A stretch of 12,415 bases of DNA from a bacterium (GTDB lineage Bacteria; UBP7; UBA6624; JBBIMK01), in contig JBBIMK010000033.1 in assembly GCA_037444445.1 (NCBI GenBank), positions 1 through 12,415 of the forward strand. Direction: 5' to 3'. This document shows, piece after piece, positions 1-7,714 of the stretch. Numbering within the stretch: position 1 is the first letter of the stretch; the number at the start of each line of letters is the position of its first letter. The position numbers were made by a program, and so were the translations under genes. Below the pieces are notes generated by a model that saw nothing but the letters and a program-made list of their open reading frames with translations, was not told the origin of the DNA and searched no databases.

Positions 1-202
1 GCGAGCCTCCCGGACCCTCGCCCCCGAGCCCCCCAGACTCCCCTGGGATGCCAGCGGTAAGTAGCCCGTAGAGATTGGCGAGTAGCGGTTCGGGGGTAGC
101 CTTCCACCCTCAAAAGCGGTAGAATAATGGTGGATGAGAAAGGTTGTGTAATGGAAAGAGAGAAAATGTTTTTAGTGCTTCCGTGATTCGGAAATGAGAA
201 GT

Positions 203-1285
203 TTATTTTTTGAGTGAGAGAATTATCAGGAACGCCAGGTTTGCGAGGAAGAGAAGGATGGCGATGGCGTTGAACAACCCACCCCACTGGCGAGCTGGAA
301 TCCAGAACATCAGGTCACCGGATAGCCGCAGAAGCAGGGAGAGGTGCAAAAGGCTTAAAGGGATATAGAGAGTGGGGGAGAAGGTGAAAGGAAGGTGTAA
401 GAGAGAGGGGAAGATTATCGGGGCGTGGCCGAAAATCATAGAGAAAACAAAGCCAAGAAAAAGGGAGTGGAGGATGGCATCGTAGGGGGGGGCAGCCGTT
501 GCGGTTCTGTAGAAAAGGGATAGAACACCGCCAACACCCAACCAGAGGTAAGCGAGGATGAGGCAGATGGAGATGTATCGGGGCAAGCCGACCTGGTGGA
601 GGTTGTGTCGGGCGATGTCATAGTTTACCAGCCAGAGGGCCAGGATGAGCATGCCCGCTCCTGCTATGGGAACTCCTGCACTATACGATTGTGGGAGTAA
701 AATCAGCCCGAGAGTGAAGGAGAGGATAGCGGAGAGGAAAATCGTGAGGCTCCCACGAGAGGGACGCAGGAGGCGGGAGAGTTCCAGTCGTTCGCCGGCG
801 ATGGTGATAAGGAGGAAGCCAGCCCACCAGAAAGCGACGATAGATAACCCGAAGCGGGCGAGCCAGAGAAGATTGCCAATGAACCAGAGGAGGGCGCCCA
901 ACCCCATCACAACGGTATAGAGGGCGTGCTGACGACGAATGAGAATTACGGACAGGGCCACCATTCCCAGACTTCCGGAGGTCATCAGGAGAATGCCCGC
1001 CTGATAGGGGAAGCCGAGGGAGAAGGAAAGAATGCCCAGGGCGGTGAGCAGGGGAACCGCATAAGACCAGGGTTTTTGTAGAGCGGTTGCTCGCTCCAGC
1101 CCGATGAGGGTGCCTAAAAAACCGGGGACCATCAAAGGGCCATGGAGGGCTGGTAGAGTTTCTGTCAGGGGAGGGAGGAGCCAGCCCAGGCGGAATAGCC
1201 CTCCATACAGCCCTGCCAGCAACGCCAGCATTCCCACCACCATTAAAGGGAAAAGAAAGACTGGCTTCTTCCTTACTTTATTCAC
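203..1285 (-). CDS. Polytopic integral membrane protein (about 11-12 predicted TM helices); family not recognised, only weak NnrS-like His/Gly helix motifs
   Basis: 360-aa ORF made almost entirely of hydrophobic helices with short loops. The start at 1285 is GTG; the first ATG would be M15 at 1243. It lies 39 nt downstream of the HD-GYP gene on the same strand. Two His-bearing helices are present (LHGPLMVPGFLG and HSLFLGFVFSMIFGHAP). Confidence 0.7.
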   Translation of the reverse strand: MNKVRKKPVFLFPLMVVGMLALLAGLYGGLFRLGWLLPPLTETLPALHGPLMVPGFLGTLIGLERATALQKPWSYAVPLLTALGILSFSLGFPYQAGILLMTSGSLGMVALSVILIRRQHALYTVVMGLGALLWFIGNLLWLARFGLSIVAFWWAGFLLITIAGERLELSRLLRPSRGSLTIFLSAILSFTLGLILLPQSYSAGVPIAGAGMLILALWLVNYDIARHNLHQVGLPRYISICLILAYLWLGVGGVLSLFYRTATAAPPYDAILHSLFLGFVFSMIFGHAPIIFPSLLHLPFTFSPTLYIPLSLLHLSLLLRLSGDLMFWIPARQWGGLFNAIAILLFLANLAFLIILSLKK

Positions 1286-1324
1286 AATTCATTCGGGGTG
1301 GAAAGATTTCACCGAAAGTATGTG

Positions 1325-3508
1325 CTACACATCTTTTAAGAGGGTAAGGAATTTCTCCAGCACCCGGGGGTCAAAATGTTTTCCTGCCTGCTCCTGGAGA
1401 TAATTCAGGGTTTTTTCCAGGGGCCAGGCTTTTCGGTAGGGACGGTCAGAAGTGAGGGCGTCCCACACATCCACGATGGAGAAGAGGCGGGCGGGTAATG
1501 GAATTTGCTCTCCTTTCAAGCCCCGGGGATACCCAGAGCCATCCCATTTCTCGTGGTGGCAGTAAGGAATATCTAAGGCGGGTCTGAGGAAATCAATAGG
1601 CGAGAGCATTTCGTAGGCAAACACGGGGTGCTTCCGCATAATAGCCCACTCCTCTTCCGTGAGGGGTCCGGGCTTGCAAAGGATGGCATCCGGGACACCG
1701 ATTTTCCCGATGTCATGAAGGAGAGCGCCCCGGCGGATATGCACCAGGGATTCTTCGGGGACATTCATCGCACGGGCGAGGCGCAGGGTCATCTCGGTCA
1801 CCCGCTGGGTATGCTGTTCCGTTTCTCGGTCCCTCAAGTCCAGGGCTTTCACCCAGCCTTCGAGGGTGGCATCATAAGCGAGGAGGAGTTCTGTATGGGA
1901 GCGCTGGAGGTTTTCAAATAGAGTGGCGCTATCTACGGCGACAGCGGCTTGCCCTGCGAAGGTGTCCAGGAACTCGCGCCATTCCCCGGTGGGGTCCAGG
2001 GGGGCGCGGTGGAAGACTTCCAGCACGCCTTTCACTTCACCCCTGGCGATGAGAGGAAAGCCGAAATAGGTGACGAAATCCTCCGCTGGAAGCAGAGGGG
2101 AGCGGGTGAACGAGTTTTCTCGTTTGAGGTCAGGGATATGGATTGTGCGGCGTTCCAGTGCGGCTTTACCCGCATAACCCTCTCCCAGGCGCAGGTGAGT
2201 TCGCTGGAGAGCCCGGGTGCGGAATCCTTTCCCTGCGGCGAACTCCAGAGTGAGCGTTTGTGGATTGAAAAGCAGGATGTCAACAGCATGAACCCCCAGT
2301 TGCCTCATCAATTGCTCCAGTAGCACATTCAGGGTAAGGCGGAGGTCCAGGCTTCCGGAAATAGCCAGGTCAATGGTTCGGAGGGCAGACATGCGTTCTT
2401 GATGGCTCTTCAGCGAAGTCACCATTTGATTGAAGGTTTTTGCCAGTGTTCCAACTTCATCCTCCTTTGTGGCAGGGATGGGCTCGGGCCAGGAGCCTTT
2501 GCGAAGGATTTCAGCGGCCTGGGTGACCGCACTGATAGGATTCGCGATTCCCCGAGCCACAAATAATCCAACGACTCCGGATAAGAGAAGGGAGAGGAAG
2601 CCAATAATCAATAGCATCCCGTGAACCTGCTGATAGGGCGCCAGTTCTTCTTTCAAAGATTTTTGACTTAAATACCACGCGTTCTTTGGGCCGATGTAAG
2701 AAGAGAGTAAAGAGGCATGAGAAAGGTATTTTTCCTTGCCTGAAGAAATGGTGAACGCAGTGACGGTGTGTGGATTCTGCGGGGAAGAGATTTGTTGATA
2801 CAGCGTTTGAATTTCTTTCCGGGTTGCGGGTTCCTGAAATTGGCGAAGATGGCTTTCTGGCAATGAAGAGGCGACCACTCTGTCCTCTACGAAGAAGGTG
2901 ATGTCGGTATGAGTGGCTTCTTTGAGATAATTTGCCAGGCTATCGTTCAGTAGAGCGCCCGTGAGCAATACGCCCCAGACTTTCTTCTCGGCGGCGCCCG
3001 GAACTGCAGTGAGTAAAGGGACAGCGGCAAATTGAAAGAGCTGGCCATCCAGGAGGGCAATCTCAACCGAGTCTTCCCCTTTCAACGCCTTCAGGATGGC
3101 AGGCTCGCTGAGGAGGGTTCCTCGTTCTCCGGGTTTGTCAGTTCTAACCAGTAGCCTTCCATTTTCATCCGTGAGCCAGATGAAGTCCACTTTCATCGTC
3201 TGGAGGTAAGATTTTGCGGTATCCAGGATGGTGGGGTAATCTGCTGCGACGAGCACTGTTCTTAAGATAGGAAGTTCAGTCACCAGCCGTGCCTGGGAAA
3301 GTAATTCCTGGCTCCGGGCATTCAGGAAATGCCAGAAAAAAGAGTCAGCCTCCTGCATTTTTTTATTCACGTTCTGGATGGTGTTTTTCTGAAGCACGAA
3401 GTGGTTTGCGAGGAAGACGGAGGTAGAGAAGCCTAAAATCACGAGAATCAAAGAGGTGAGGATTTTCGCCCTTAAGCTGAAACCGAGTCGGATTCGCGGT
3501 ATTTTCAT
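1325..3508 (-). CDS. Membrane-bound HD-GYP domain c-di-GMP phosphodiesterase with periplasmic Cache-like sensor, HAMP and GAF domains
   Basis: The C-terminus carries the HD-GYP signatures LLHDIGKIGVPDAIL and HHEKWDGSGYPRGL. Two TM segments (ILTSLILVILGF and LLIIGFLSLLLSGVVGLFVA) bracket a loop of about 260 aa. A HAMP-like linker (ANPISAVTQAAE...EVGTLAKTFNQM) and a GAF-like region follow. I place the start at ATG 3506-3508 (M43 of the track ORF), 7 nt after the upstream stop. An alternative ATG at 3559 would overlap the OMP gene. Confidence 0.92.
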   Translation of the reverse strand: MKIPRIRLGFSLRAKILTSLILVILGFSTSVFLANHFVLQKNTIQNVNKKMQEADSFFWHFLNARSQELLSQARLVTELPILRTVLVAADYPTILDTAKSYLQTMKVDFIWLTDENGRLLVRTDKPGERGTLLSEPAILKALKGEDSVEIALLDGQLFQFAAVPLLTAVPGAAEKKVWGVLLTGALLNDSLANYLKEATHTDITFFVEDRVVASSLPESHLRQFQEPATRKEIQTLYQQISSPQNPHTVTAFTISSGKEKYLSHASLLSSYIGPKNAWYLSQKSLKEELAPYQQVHGMLLIIGFLSLLLSGVVGLFVARGIANPISAVTQAAEILRKGSWPEPIPATKEDEVGTLAKTFNQMVTSLKSHQERMSALRTIDLAISGSLDLRLTLNVLLEQLMRQLGVHAVDILLFNPQTLTLEFAAGKGFRTRALQRTHLRLGEGYAGKAALERRTIHIPDLKRENSFTRSPLLPAEDFVTYFGFPLIARGEVKGVLEVFHRAPLDPTGEWREFLDTFAGQAAVAVDSATLFENLQRSHTELLLAYDATLEGWVKALDLRDRETEQHTQRVTEMTLRLARAMNVPEESLVHIRRGALLHDIGKIGVPDAILCKPGPLTEEEWAIMRKHPVFAYEMLSPIDFLRPALDIPYCHHEKWDGSGYPRGLKGEQIPLPARLFSIVDVWDALTSDRPYRKAWPLEKTLNYLQEQAGKHFDPRVLEKFLTLLKDV

Positions 3509-3515
3509 AAGATGT

Positions 3516-4472
3516 CTAAAAGGGCTGGATATAAAGGAGTTGGGCTTGAAGGTTTTCATCCTTCTCGCCGCCGATGATTTTTCTGGAAGCGTTGATGGAA
3601 AGAGTAATGAAGGGGCGAAGGAAATACTTTGCACCCACGATGACCTGCCGGATATTATCCGGGGGAGAGGCGTTGGTTCGGCGGAGGGTTTCTATTCTTA
3701 GAATACCTGTGAGTTTTGGGAGAGTGGGGAAGTGATAGAAGGTATCCTGATAAAAACCCCAGTAATCATGGGATTCTCCGTTTTGTATTTCGCCCAGAAT
3801 CCATTCACCCCGGAGAATGAGATACGGGAAAGAAATCCGCCAATCCAGGCCTTCTGCCCTGGATTTCTTTCTCACTGGAATAGCATTGATTGGGGTGAGG
3901 TAACTTCCGCGGTAGAAATTGACGCCGAGGATGAGAGGCTCCTGATAGGTTTGCAGGTGAAGAGAAAAATCTTTGAGACCATTTTCCAGGCCGTTCAGGC
4001 CGTCTGATTGAGAGTTCATCAGAGCGGATTCATAACTCAGTTTGGGGTTACCTCCGAGAAGGAGGATTCCCGCGTCTTCTTTCGCCAGCTGGAATGGCAT
4101 CCGGGCTTCGCTCTTGACCAGGGGCTTTTGAAGGATACCCATATAGTCCTGCTCCGAGCGCTGGTAGATGCCGAAAGGAAGGCGAAACTTTCCCGCTTTC
4201 ACTGTTCCCAGGGGGGTTTCCAGGGATAGAAAAGCCTCTTCTATAAAGAATTCTTCCTCTTCCACATTGAGATTGGTAAAAAATCGGAATATCTTCCTGT
4301 TCTGATAATCCAGCCTCAATTGGAGTTCCGGGCTTTCAATGGAGGCTTTTTTACTCCGTTGCTGTTCCCCAATCAGTTCCACCTGTGCTTCGCCCCGAAT
4401 GTCTGCTGAGGCAGGGGTGAAAAACAGAAGAGCCTGCAGGAGGCAGAAGGGAAGGAGGCATAGGAACTTCAA
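3516..4472 (-). CDS. Outer-membrane beta-barrel (porin-like) protein
   Basis: N-terminal signal peptide MKFLCLLPFCLLQALLFFTPASA. Amphipathic beta-strand pattern with alternating residues, ending in the OMP-type C-terminal motif LLYIQPF. The TTG start at 4470-4472 overlaps the TGA stop of the upstream gene (TTGA). Confidence 0.7.
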   Translation of the reverse strand: MKFLCLLPFCLLQALLFFTPASADIRGEAQVELIGEQQRSKKASIESPELQLRLDYQNRKIFRFFTNLNVEEEEFFIEEAFLSLETPLGTVKAGKFRLPFGIYQRSEQDYMGILQKPLVKSEARMPFQLAKEDAGILLLGGNPKLSYESALMNSQSDGLNGLENGLKDFSLHLQTYQEPLILGVNFYRGSYLTPINAIPVRKKSRAEGLDWRISFPYLILRGEWILGEIQNGESHDYWGFYQDTFYHFPTLPKLTGILRIETLRRTNASPPDNIRQVIVGAKYFLRPFITLSINASRKIIGGEKDENLQAQLLYIQPF

Positions 4473-5116
4473 TGGGTGGAATCTTTCTCCTTTTGTTCAG
4501 CGCCCCGTTTCAGGGTCAGGGTCAATTCCACATTCCCCCCGGGGGAAACATTCACCTTCCTCTCCAGTTCCGGGTAAAGTTCGTGCCACACCTTGAGGGT
4601 ATATTCTCCAGCGGGAATATCCTTGATGGAGAAAGTTCCTCGGGTATCGGTGGTGGAAAAGTAAGGGTTTTCAAGTACCAGGATATAGGCGTTCATATGA
4701 GGGTGGATATTACAGAAGATAGCGTGAACCCCGGGTTTATCAAATTTCACGGTTTTCTTGGCACCTTTAGGGAACAGTCCCAGGTCAAACTTTTTTCCGT
4801 GGAAAAGGGAAAAAACATTGTGCAAAACATCGTCGTTATTGGGAAAATCCACTTTGCTTCCCAGCAGAACTGGGAGAACATGAGGAATGAAATTTTTATT
4901 TCTCTGCTCCATAGATAAGTTTTTTGAGGGAGACTGTTTCACTTTTGGACCGTCTATATAAACTACGGAATCGGGGAGGGCTTTTTTCTTCTCGTCCTGG
5001 ACGATTCCGTGTATTTCTCCATTCTCCGAAGCGGACACCATAAGGATAGCCAACCCGTAGAAAAAAGCGAGCACACAAAAAGTGAAATGCCACCTTCTCC
5101 TACTTTGATGAACCAT
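4469..5116 (-). CDS. Periplasmic or membrane-anchored cupredoxin (amicyanin-like type-1 copper site) with a C-terminal carboxypeptidase-regulatory-like beta-sandwich domain
   Basis: N-terminal hydrophobic anchor/signal (FTFCVLAFFYGLAILMVSA). A complete T1Cu ligand set is present: H99 in VLHNVF, and C135-x2-H138-x2-M141 in FCNIHPHM. Compare amicyanin PHNV and CTPHPFM. The C-terminal GTFSIKDIPAGEYTLKVWHE...VELTL is typical of CarboxypepD_reg-like domains. Confidence 0.8.
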   Translation of the reverse strand: MVHQSRRRWHFTFCVLAFFYGLAILMVSASENGEIHGIVQDEKKKALPDSVVYIDGPKVKQSPSKNLSMEQRNKNFIPHVLPVLLGSKVDFPNNDDVLHNVFSLFHGKKFDLGLFPKGAKKTVKFDKPGVHAIFCNIHPHMNAYILVLENPYFSTTDTRGTFSIKDIPAGEYTLKVWHELYPELERKVNVSPGGNVELTLTLKRGAEQKEKDSTH

Positions 5117-5125
5117 CGCAATTTC

Positions 5126-5134
5126 ATTATACCA
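5126..5134 (-). promoter_or_regulatory. Candidate extended -10 promoter element (TGGTATAAT on the minus strand) for the cupredoxin operon
   Basis: The minus strand reads GGATGGTATAATGAAATTGCGATGG. Only 9 nt separate TATAAT from the ATG at 5116, and no Shine-Dalgarno lies between them. The -35 region is poor (TTCCAT). Confidence 0.3.
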
Positions 5135-5220
5135 TCCGGGGCAGAAGTATGGAATAGGGGAAGGGTGCTGGTTATTTCAACGGCAGGAAAAGAACTCTGT
5201 GTATTGGAAGGGGTGGGAGT

Positions 5221-5574
5221 TCAAGGGTTCTGGCGTCTGATTCTGGAAAGGAGGAAGTTTTTCAGGGCGACAGCGCTGTTGTGCTGGATGTCTCTGGCGC
5301 TGAAAAGAAGGGTGAGATTTCCCTTGTGTTCTGCCTCTACGAGAGGTATCCAGGCGGAGGGGTTGTTGTTCAATTCGGCGAAATAACGGCGCTGGAATTC
5401 CTTCCACTTCGCCGGGTCGTGGCTGAACCAGGTGCGCAATTGGGGGCTGGGCGCTACCTCCTTCAGCCAGGCATCCACCTTAACGGATTCTTTTTTCATT
5501 CCTCGGGGCCAGAGGCGTTCCACCAGATAGCGCAGGCCATCGTCAGGCTCCGGTGGGTCGTAGATGCGCTTCAC
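5221..5574 (-). CDS. DUF488 (YeaO-like) family protein
   Basis: KRIYDPPEPDDGLRYLVERLWPRGMKKE...WLKEVAPSPQLRTWFSHDPAKWKEFQRRYFAEL matches the DUF488/YeaO pattern. The track start is GTG 5574. The in-frame upstream codons read LIRV, and a GGAGG lies 7 nt before CTG 5583, so the true start may be non-canonical (see findings). Confidence 0.9.
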   Translation of the reverse strand: MKRIYDPPEPDDGLRYLVERLWPRGMKKESVKVDAWLKEVAPSPQLRTWFSHDPAKWKEFQRRYFAELNNNPSAWIPLVEAEHKGNLTLLFSARDIQHNSAVALKNFLLSRIRRQNP

Positions 5575-5596
5575 CCGAATCAGGACAGCACCTCCG

Positions 5597-6031
5597 TCAA
5601 GAAGGGCTTACCGCACTGGGTGGACGGATTCTACCAAAAATCAGATAGAAAAAGTAGAGAAGACTGAGGATTTGAAGTGTCATACCGATGAGAGCGAGGG
5701 TATAGGGCAATGAGCCACCTGCCCAGAAAGGCTCGGCTACGCTTCGGAGTAGGGTACCAGCATTGAACAGCCCATAGAGAATCATCCCTTCTCGCTCGGT
5801 GGTGTAGTGTGGAGGCTCTTTTTTCCTCGGGAACATCCAGAGAGCCACTCCCATAATGATTTGAATGACTGCTCCGAAAAGTATCAGGTGAACATGAACC
5901 GTTCGCCAGGATGTCGCCCACGCAAAAGCGGGGTAGCGATACCCTAAAAACATGAAAAGCCCGAGAATAATTCCTGTCAGTAGGTAAACGAGAGAAGTTT
6001 TCAGCATCCACCGCTGGTAGTTATATCTCAT
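5597..6031 (-). CDS. Small 4-TM integral membrane protein, function unknown
   Basis: 144-aa ORF with an ATG start, AAGGAA 9 nt upstream and four long hydrophobic helices. It has a conserved-looking His helix (VHVHLILFGAVIQIIMGVALWMFPR). Its stop lies 22 nt upstream of the DUF488 gene. Confidence 0.72.
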   Translation of the reverse strand: MRYNYQRWMLKTSLVYLLTGIILGLFMFLGYRYPAFAWATSWRTVHVHLILFGAVIQIIMGVALWMFPRKKEPPHYTTEREGMILYGLFNAGTLLRSVAEPFWAGGSLPYTLALIGMTLQILSLLYFFYLIFGRIRPPSAVSPS

Positions 6032-6162
6032 CGTTCATCATTCCTTACTGTCGTTGCTAAGATTTCACGATTCATACTGCTCTCCAGAGGATTGAAGAGC
6101 AAGTGGCTTACTCATCCGTTGCGCAGGGGCTGTTTTTAATTTCCGGATGAATTCGTGCCGAT

Positions 6163-6369
6163 TCACATTTCAACCTCAATTTGTTTTACCCGAACCTCCC
6201 GATGAAACAGAATTTCTTCCTCTTCTTCATCAACGGATATGCTTGCCTGATATTTTCTTGCAATTCCTGAAGAGTTTTTTTCCTGCTGAATACGCTGGAA
6301 CTTCCCTGACCCTGGCACATACCAGCCCTCCACCTCCCGGTAAACCATCGGAAAACACTTCTGAATCAT
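6163..6369 (-). CDS. Possible small hypothetical protein (68 aa)
   Basis: Open frame inside an otherwise empty 445-nt gap. The internal ATG at 6367-6369 is preceded by GGGAG with 7-nt spacing. The product is hydrophilic with an acidic run (DEEEEE). The opposite-strand 96-aa ORF is Pro/Ser/Phe-rich with no RBS and looks like its antisense shadow. No family recognised. Confidence 0.3.
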   Translation of the reverse strand: MIQKCFPMVYREVEGWYVPGSGKFQRIQQEKNSSGIARKYQASISVDEEEEEILFHREVRVKQIEVEM

Positions 6370-6476
6370 TCCCGTGCTCCCTTTTCTCATCTCCAGTTAA
6401 TCGTAAGATTTTTCAAGGGAGAAGTCAATTCTCATAAGACTGATGAGGGGACATAGTTGCTGACTTCAATGAAGTG

Positions 6477-6962
6477 CTAACCTTTCTTCAATTTTAGCAG
6501 TGTTTGTTTGACCTCTTCCGCATGGCCATCCACCTTCACGGGCATCCAGATGTAGGCAATCTTCCCCTCCGGGTCGATGAGAAAGGTGCTCCGGACTACA
6601 CCGGGGAGCACTCTTCCGTAAAGTTTTTTGGGCTTCCAGGCGCCGTAGGCAGAAAGGACCTGATGATTCGGGTCGCTTAATAAGGTGACCTTCAAGGAAT
6701 GCCTGGTTTGGAAATTGCAATGGCTTTTTACGGAGTCGGGGCTAATGCCCAGCACCGATGCACCCAGATTTTCAAACTCTTGCAAATGATGAGTAAAATC
6801 TATGGCTTCCCGGGTGCAACCCGGCGTGTTATCCCTGGGGTAGAAATAGAGAACCACCCACCTGTGATGGAAATCAGCGAGCCGCACGGGGGTGCCATTC
6901 TGGTCTGGGAGGGAGAAGTCTGGCGCCCTTTCACCCACTTTTACCCCTTTCTCCTTGTCCAT
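6477..6962 (-). CDS. bcp: Thioredoxin-dependent thiol peroxidase (peroxiredoxin Bcp/PrxQ)
   Basis: GERAPDFSLPDQNGTPVRLADF...VVLYFYPRDNTPGCTREA is the classic Bcp active-site block. I prefer ATG 6960-6962, preceded by AGGTGGTGAG, over the track GTG at 6974. Confidence 0.95.
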   Translation of the reverse strand: MDKEKGVKVGERAPDFSLPDQNGTPVRLADFHHRWVVLYFYPRDNTPGCTREAIDFTHHLQEFENLGASVLGISPDSVKSHCNFQTRHSLKVTLLSDPNHQVLSAYGAWKPKKLYGRVLPGVVRSTFLIDPEGKIAYIWMPVKVDGHAEEVKQTLLKLKKG

Positions 6963-6983
6963 ATCTCTCACCACCTGAAACTC

Positions 6984-7012
6984 ATTATACAGAAGTCAGG
7001 CATCACCCGCAA
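6984..7012 (-). promoter_or_regulatory. Candidate sigma70-type promoter of bcp (TTGCGG-17 nt-TATAAT)
   Basis: The minus strand reads TTGCGGGTGATGCCTGACTTCTGTATAATGAG, with the -10 element ending about 21 nt before the ATG. Confidence 0.4.
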
Positions 7013-7100
7013 TCCCTCTGACAGCACAGAAGGGAATTTCTATGGTTGGACATCCGGGATGGCAGAGTCTGGATGCAGAATATTTTATACAGAGGAAGAC

Positions 7101-7129
7101 TTGACGAACAATGGAGTAAGTGGTAATTT
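7101..7129 (+). promoter_or_regulatory. Candidate promoter of the ferredoxin gene (TTGACG-17 nt-TAATTT)
   Basis: Good -35, exact 17-nt spacer and a weak -10. It would give a leader of about 115 nt ending in a very strong SD (AAGGAAGGAGGAAGGAAG) before ATG 7249. Confidence 0.3.
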
Positions 7130-7248
7130 ATGATGGGTAACGGGTAGAGCGGGTTAAAAACCCTGCCGGTTCAGGCGGAGTTATTGCCCGTCTGCTGTGC
7201 CCTGCAGAGGCGATTGATAGGGCCTCGTAAGGAAGGAGGAAGGAAGAA

Positions 7249-7494
7249 ATGACCTATGTGATTTGCGAGCCGTGCATCGGCGTGAAGGACAAGTCCTGCG
7301 TGGAGGTTTGCCCGGTGGACTGCATCCACGAGGCACCGGATGGTTCTTCCCCGCAACTCTACATCAACCCGGCAGAGTGCATAGACTGCGGAGCCTGTGT
7401 ATCCGCCTGCCCGGTGGAAGCCATCTTCGCCGAGAGCGATGTGCCCGATAAATGGAAACACTTTATCCAGATTAACGCTGACTTTTTCAAGTAA
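7249..7494 (+). CDS. fdxA: 7Fe ferredoxin ([3Fe-4S][4Fe-4S], Thermus/Mycobacterium FdxA type)
   Basis: TYVICEPCIGVKDKSCVEVCPVDCIHE...CIDCGACVSACPVEAIF carries the Cys pattern C-x2-C-x7-C-x3-CP ... C-x2-C-x2-C-x3-CP. It closely resembles Thermus thermophilus ferredoxin. A strong SD precedes the gene. Confidence 0.95.
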   Translation: MTYVICEPCIGVKDKSCVEVCPVDCIHEAPDGSSPQLYINPAECIDCGACVSACPVEAIFAESDVPDKWKHFIQINADFFK

Positions 7495-7714
7495 CCCTCC
7501 CGCAAGGTCAGACGGTTTTCAGCGTTAGCCAATCAGATAGGCGGCGATGCCAGGACACAGGGCTACGCCGAAAAATCCATTAGATGCAAATATGCTTCCG
7601 GTCAGGGGCAACCTTCAAAAGATGAACGCTAAAATCAGCCAAAGGCGAGGAGACAGGCATAGTCGGATTATATCTTCTTCAGTCGGTAAGTAAGCCCATT
7701 GCCTCATCAGCAGG

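Noticed and set aside
1-202. GC-rich ORF-free leading segment containing a GCGAG-(GGTCC GGGA GG)-CTCGC hairpin (minus strand) that superficially recalls the SRP RNA GNRA-loop helix
   Set aside because: The conserved SRP domain IV sequence after the tetraloop (GGAAGCA) is absent, and the element is cut by the window edge. No tRNA T-loop, RNase P or riboswitch core motifs were found. It may just be the 3' flank or the C-terminal codons of an upstream gene.
1573-2624. Several 60-124-aa ORFs on both strands inside the HD-GYP gene (for example 1628..1921, 1949..2323, 2430..2624)
   Set aside because: They are fully embedded in a gene with strong domain evidence. Their products are Arg/Pro/Gly-rich shadow frames typical of GC-rich coding DNA.
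6147-6437. 96-aa plus-strand ORF in the 6032-6476 gap
   Set aside because: No SD before the ATG. The Pro/Ser/Phe/Leu-rich low-complexity product is what the antisense of a Glu/Lys/Gly-rich frame would give. The minus-strand frame is the better candidate.
7171-7461. 96-aa minus-strand ORF and 62-aa plus-strand ORF overlapping the ferredoxin gene
   Set aside because: The ferredoxin frame has textbook Cys motifs and a very strong SD. The overlapping frames have no motifs and no RBS.
7530-7620. 28-codon hydrophobic minus-strand frame (TTG start; ..GSIFASNGFFGVALCPGIAAYLIG*) between the convergent ferredoxin and OMP genes
   Set aside because: It has only a TTG start with the purine tract directly abutting it. 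It is very short with no recognisable family, so it cannot be distinguished from chance.
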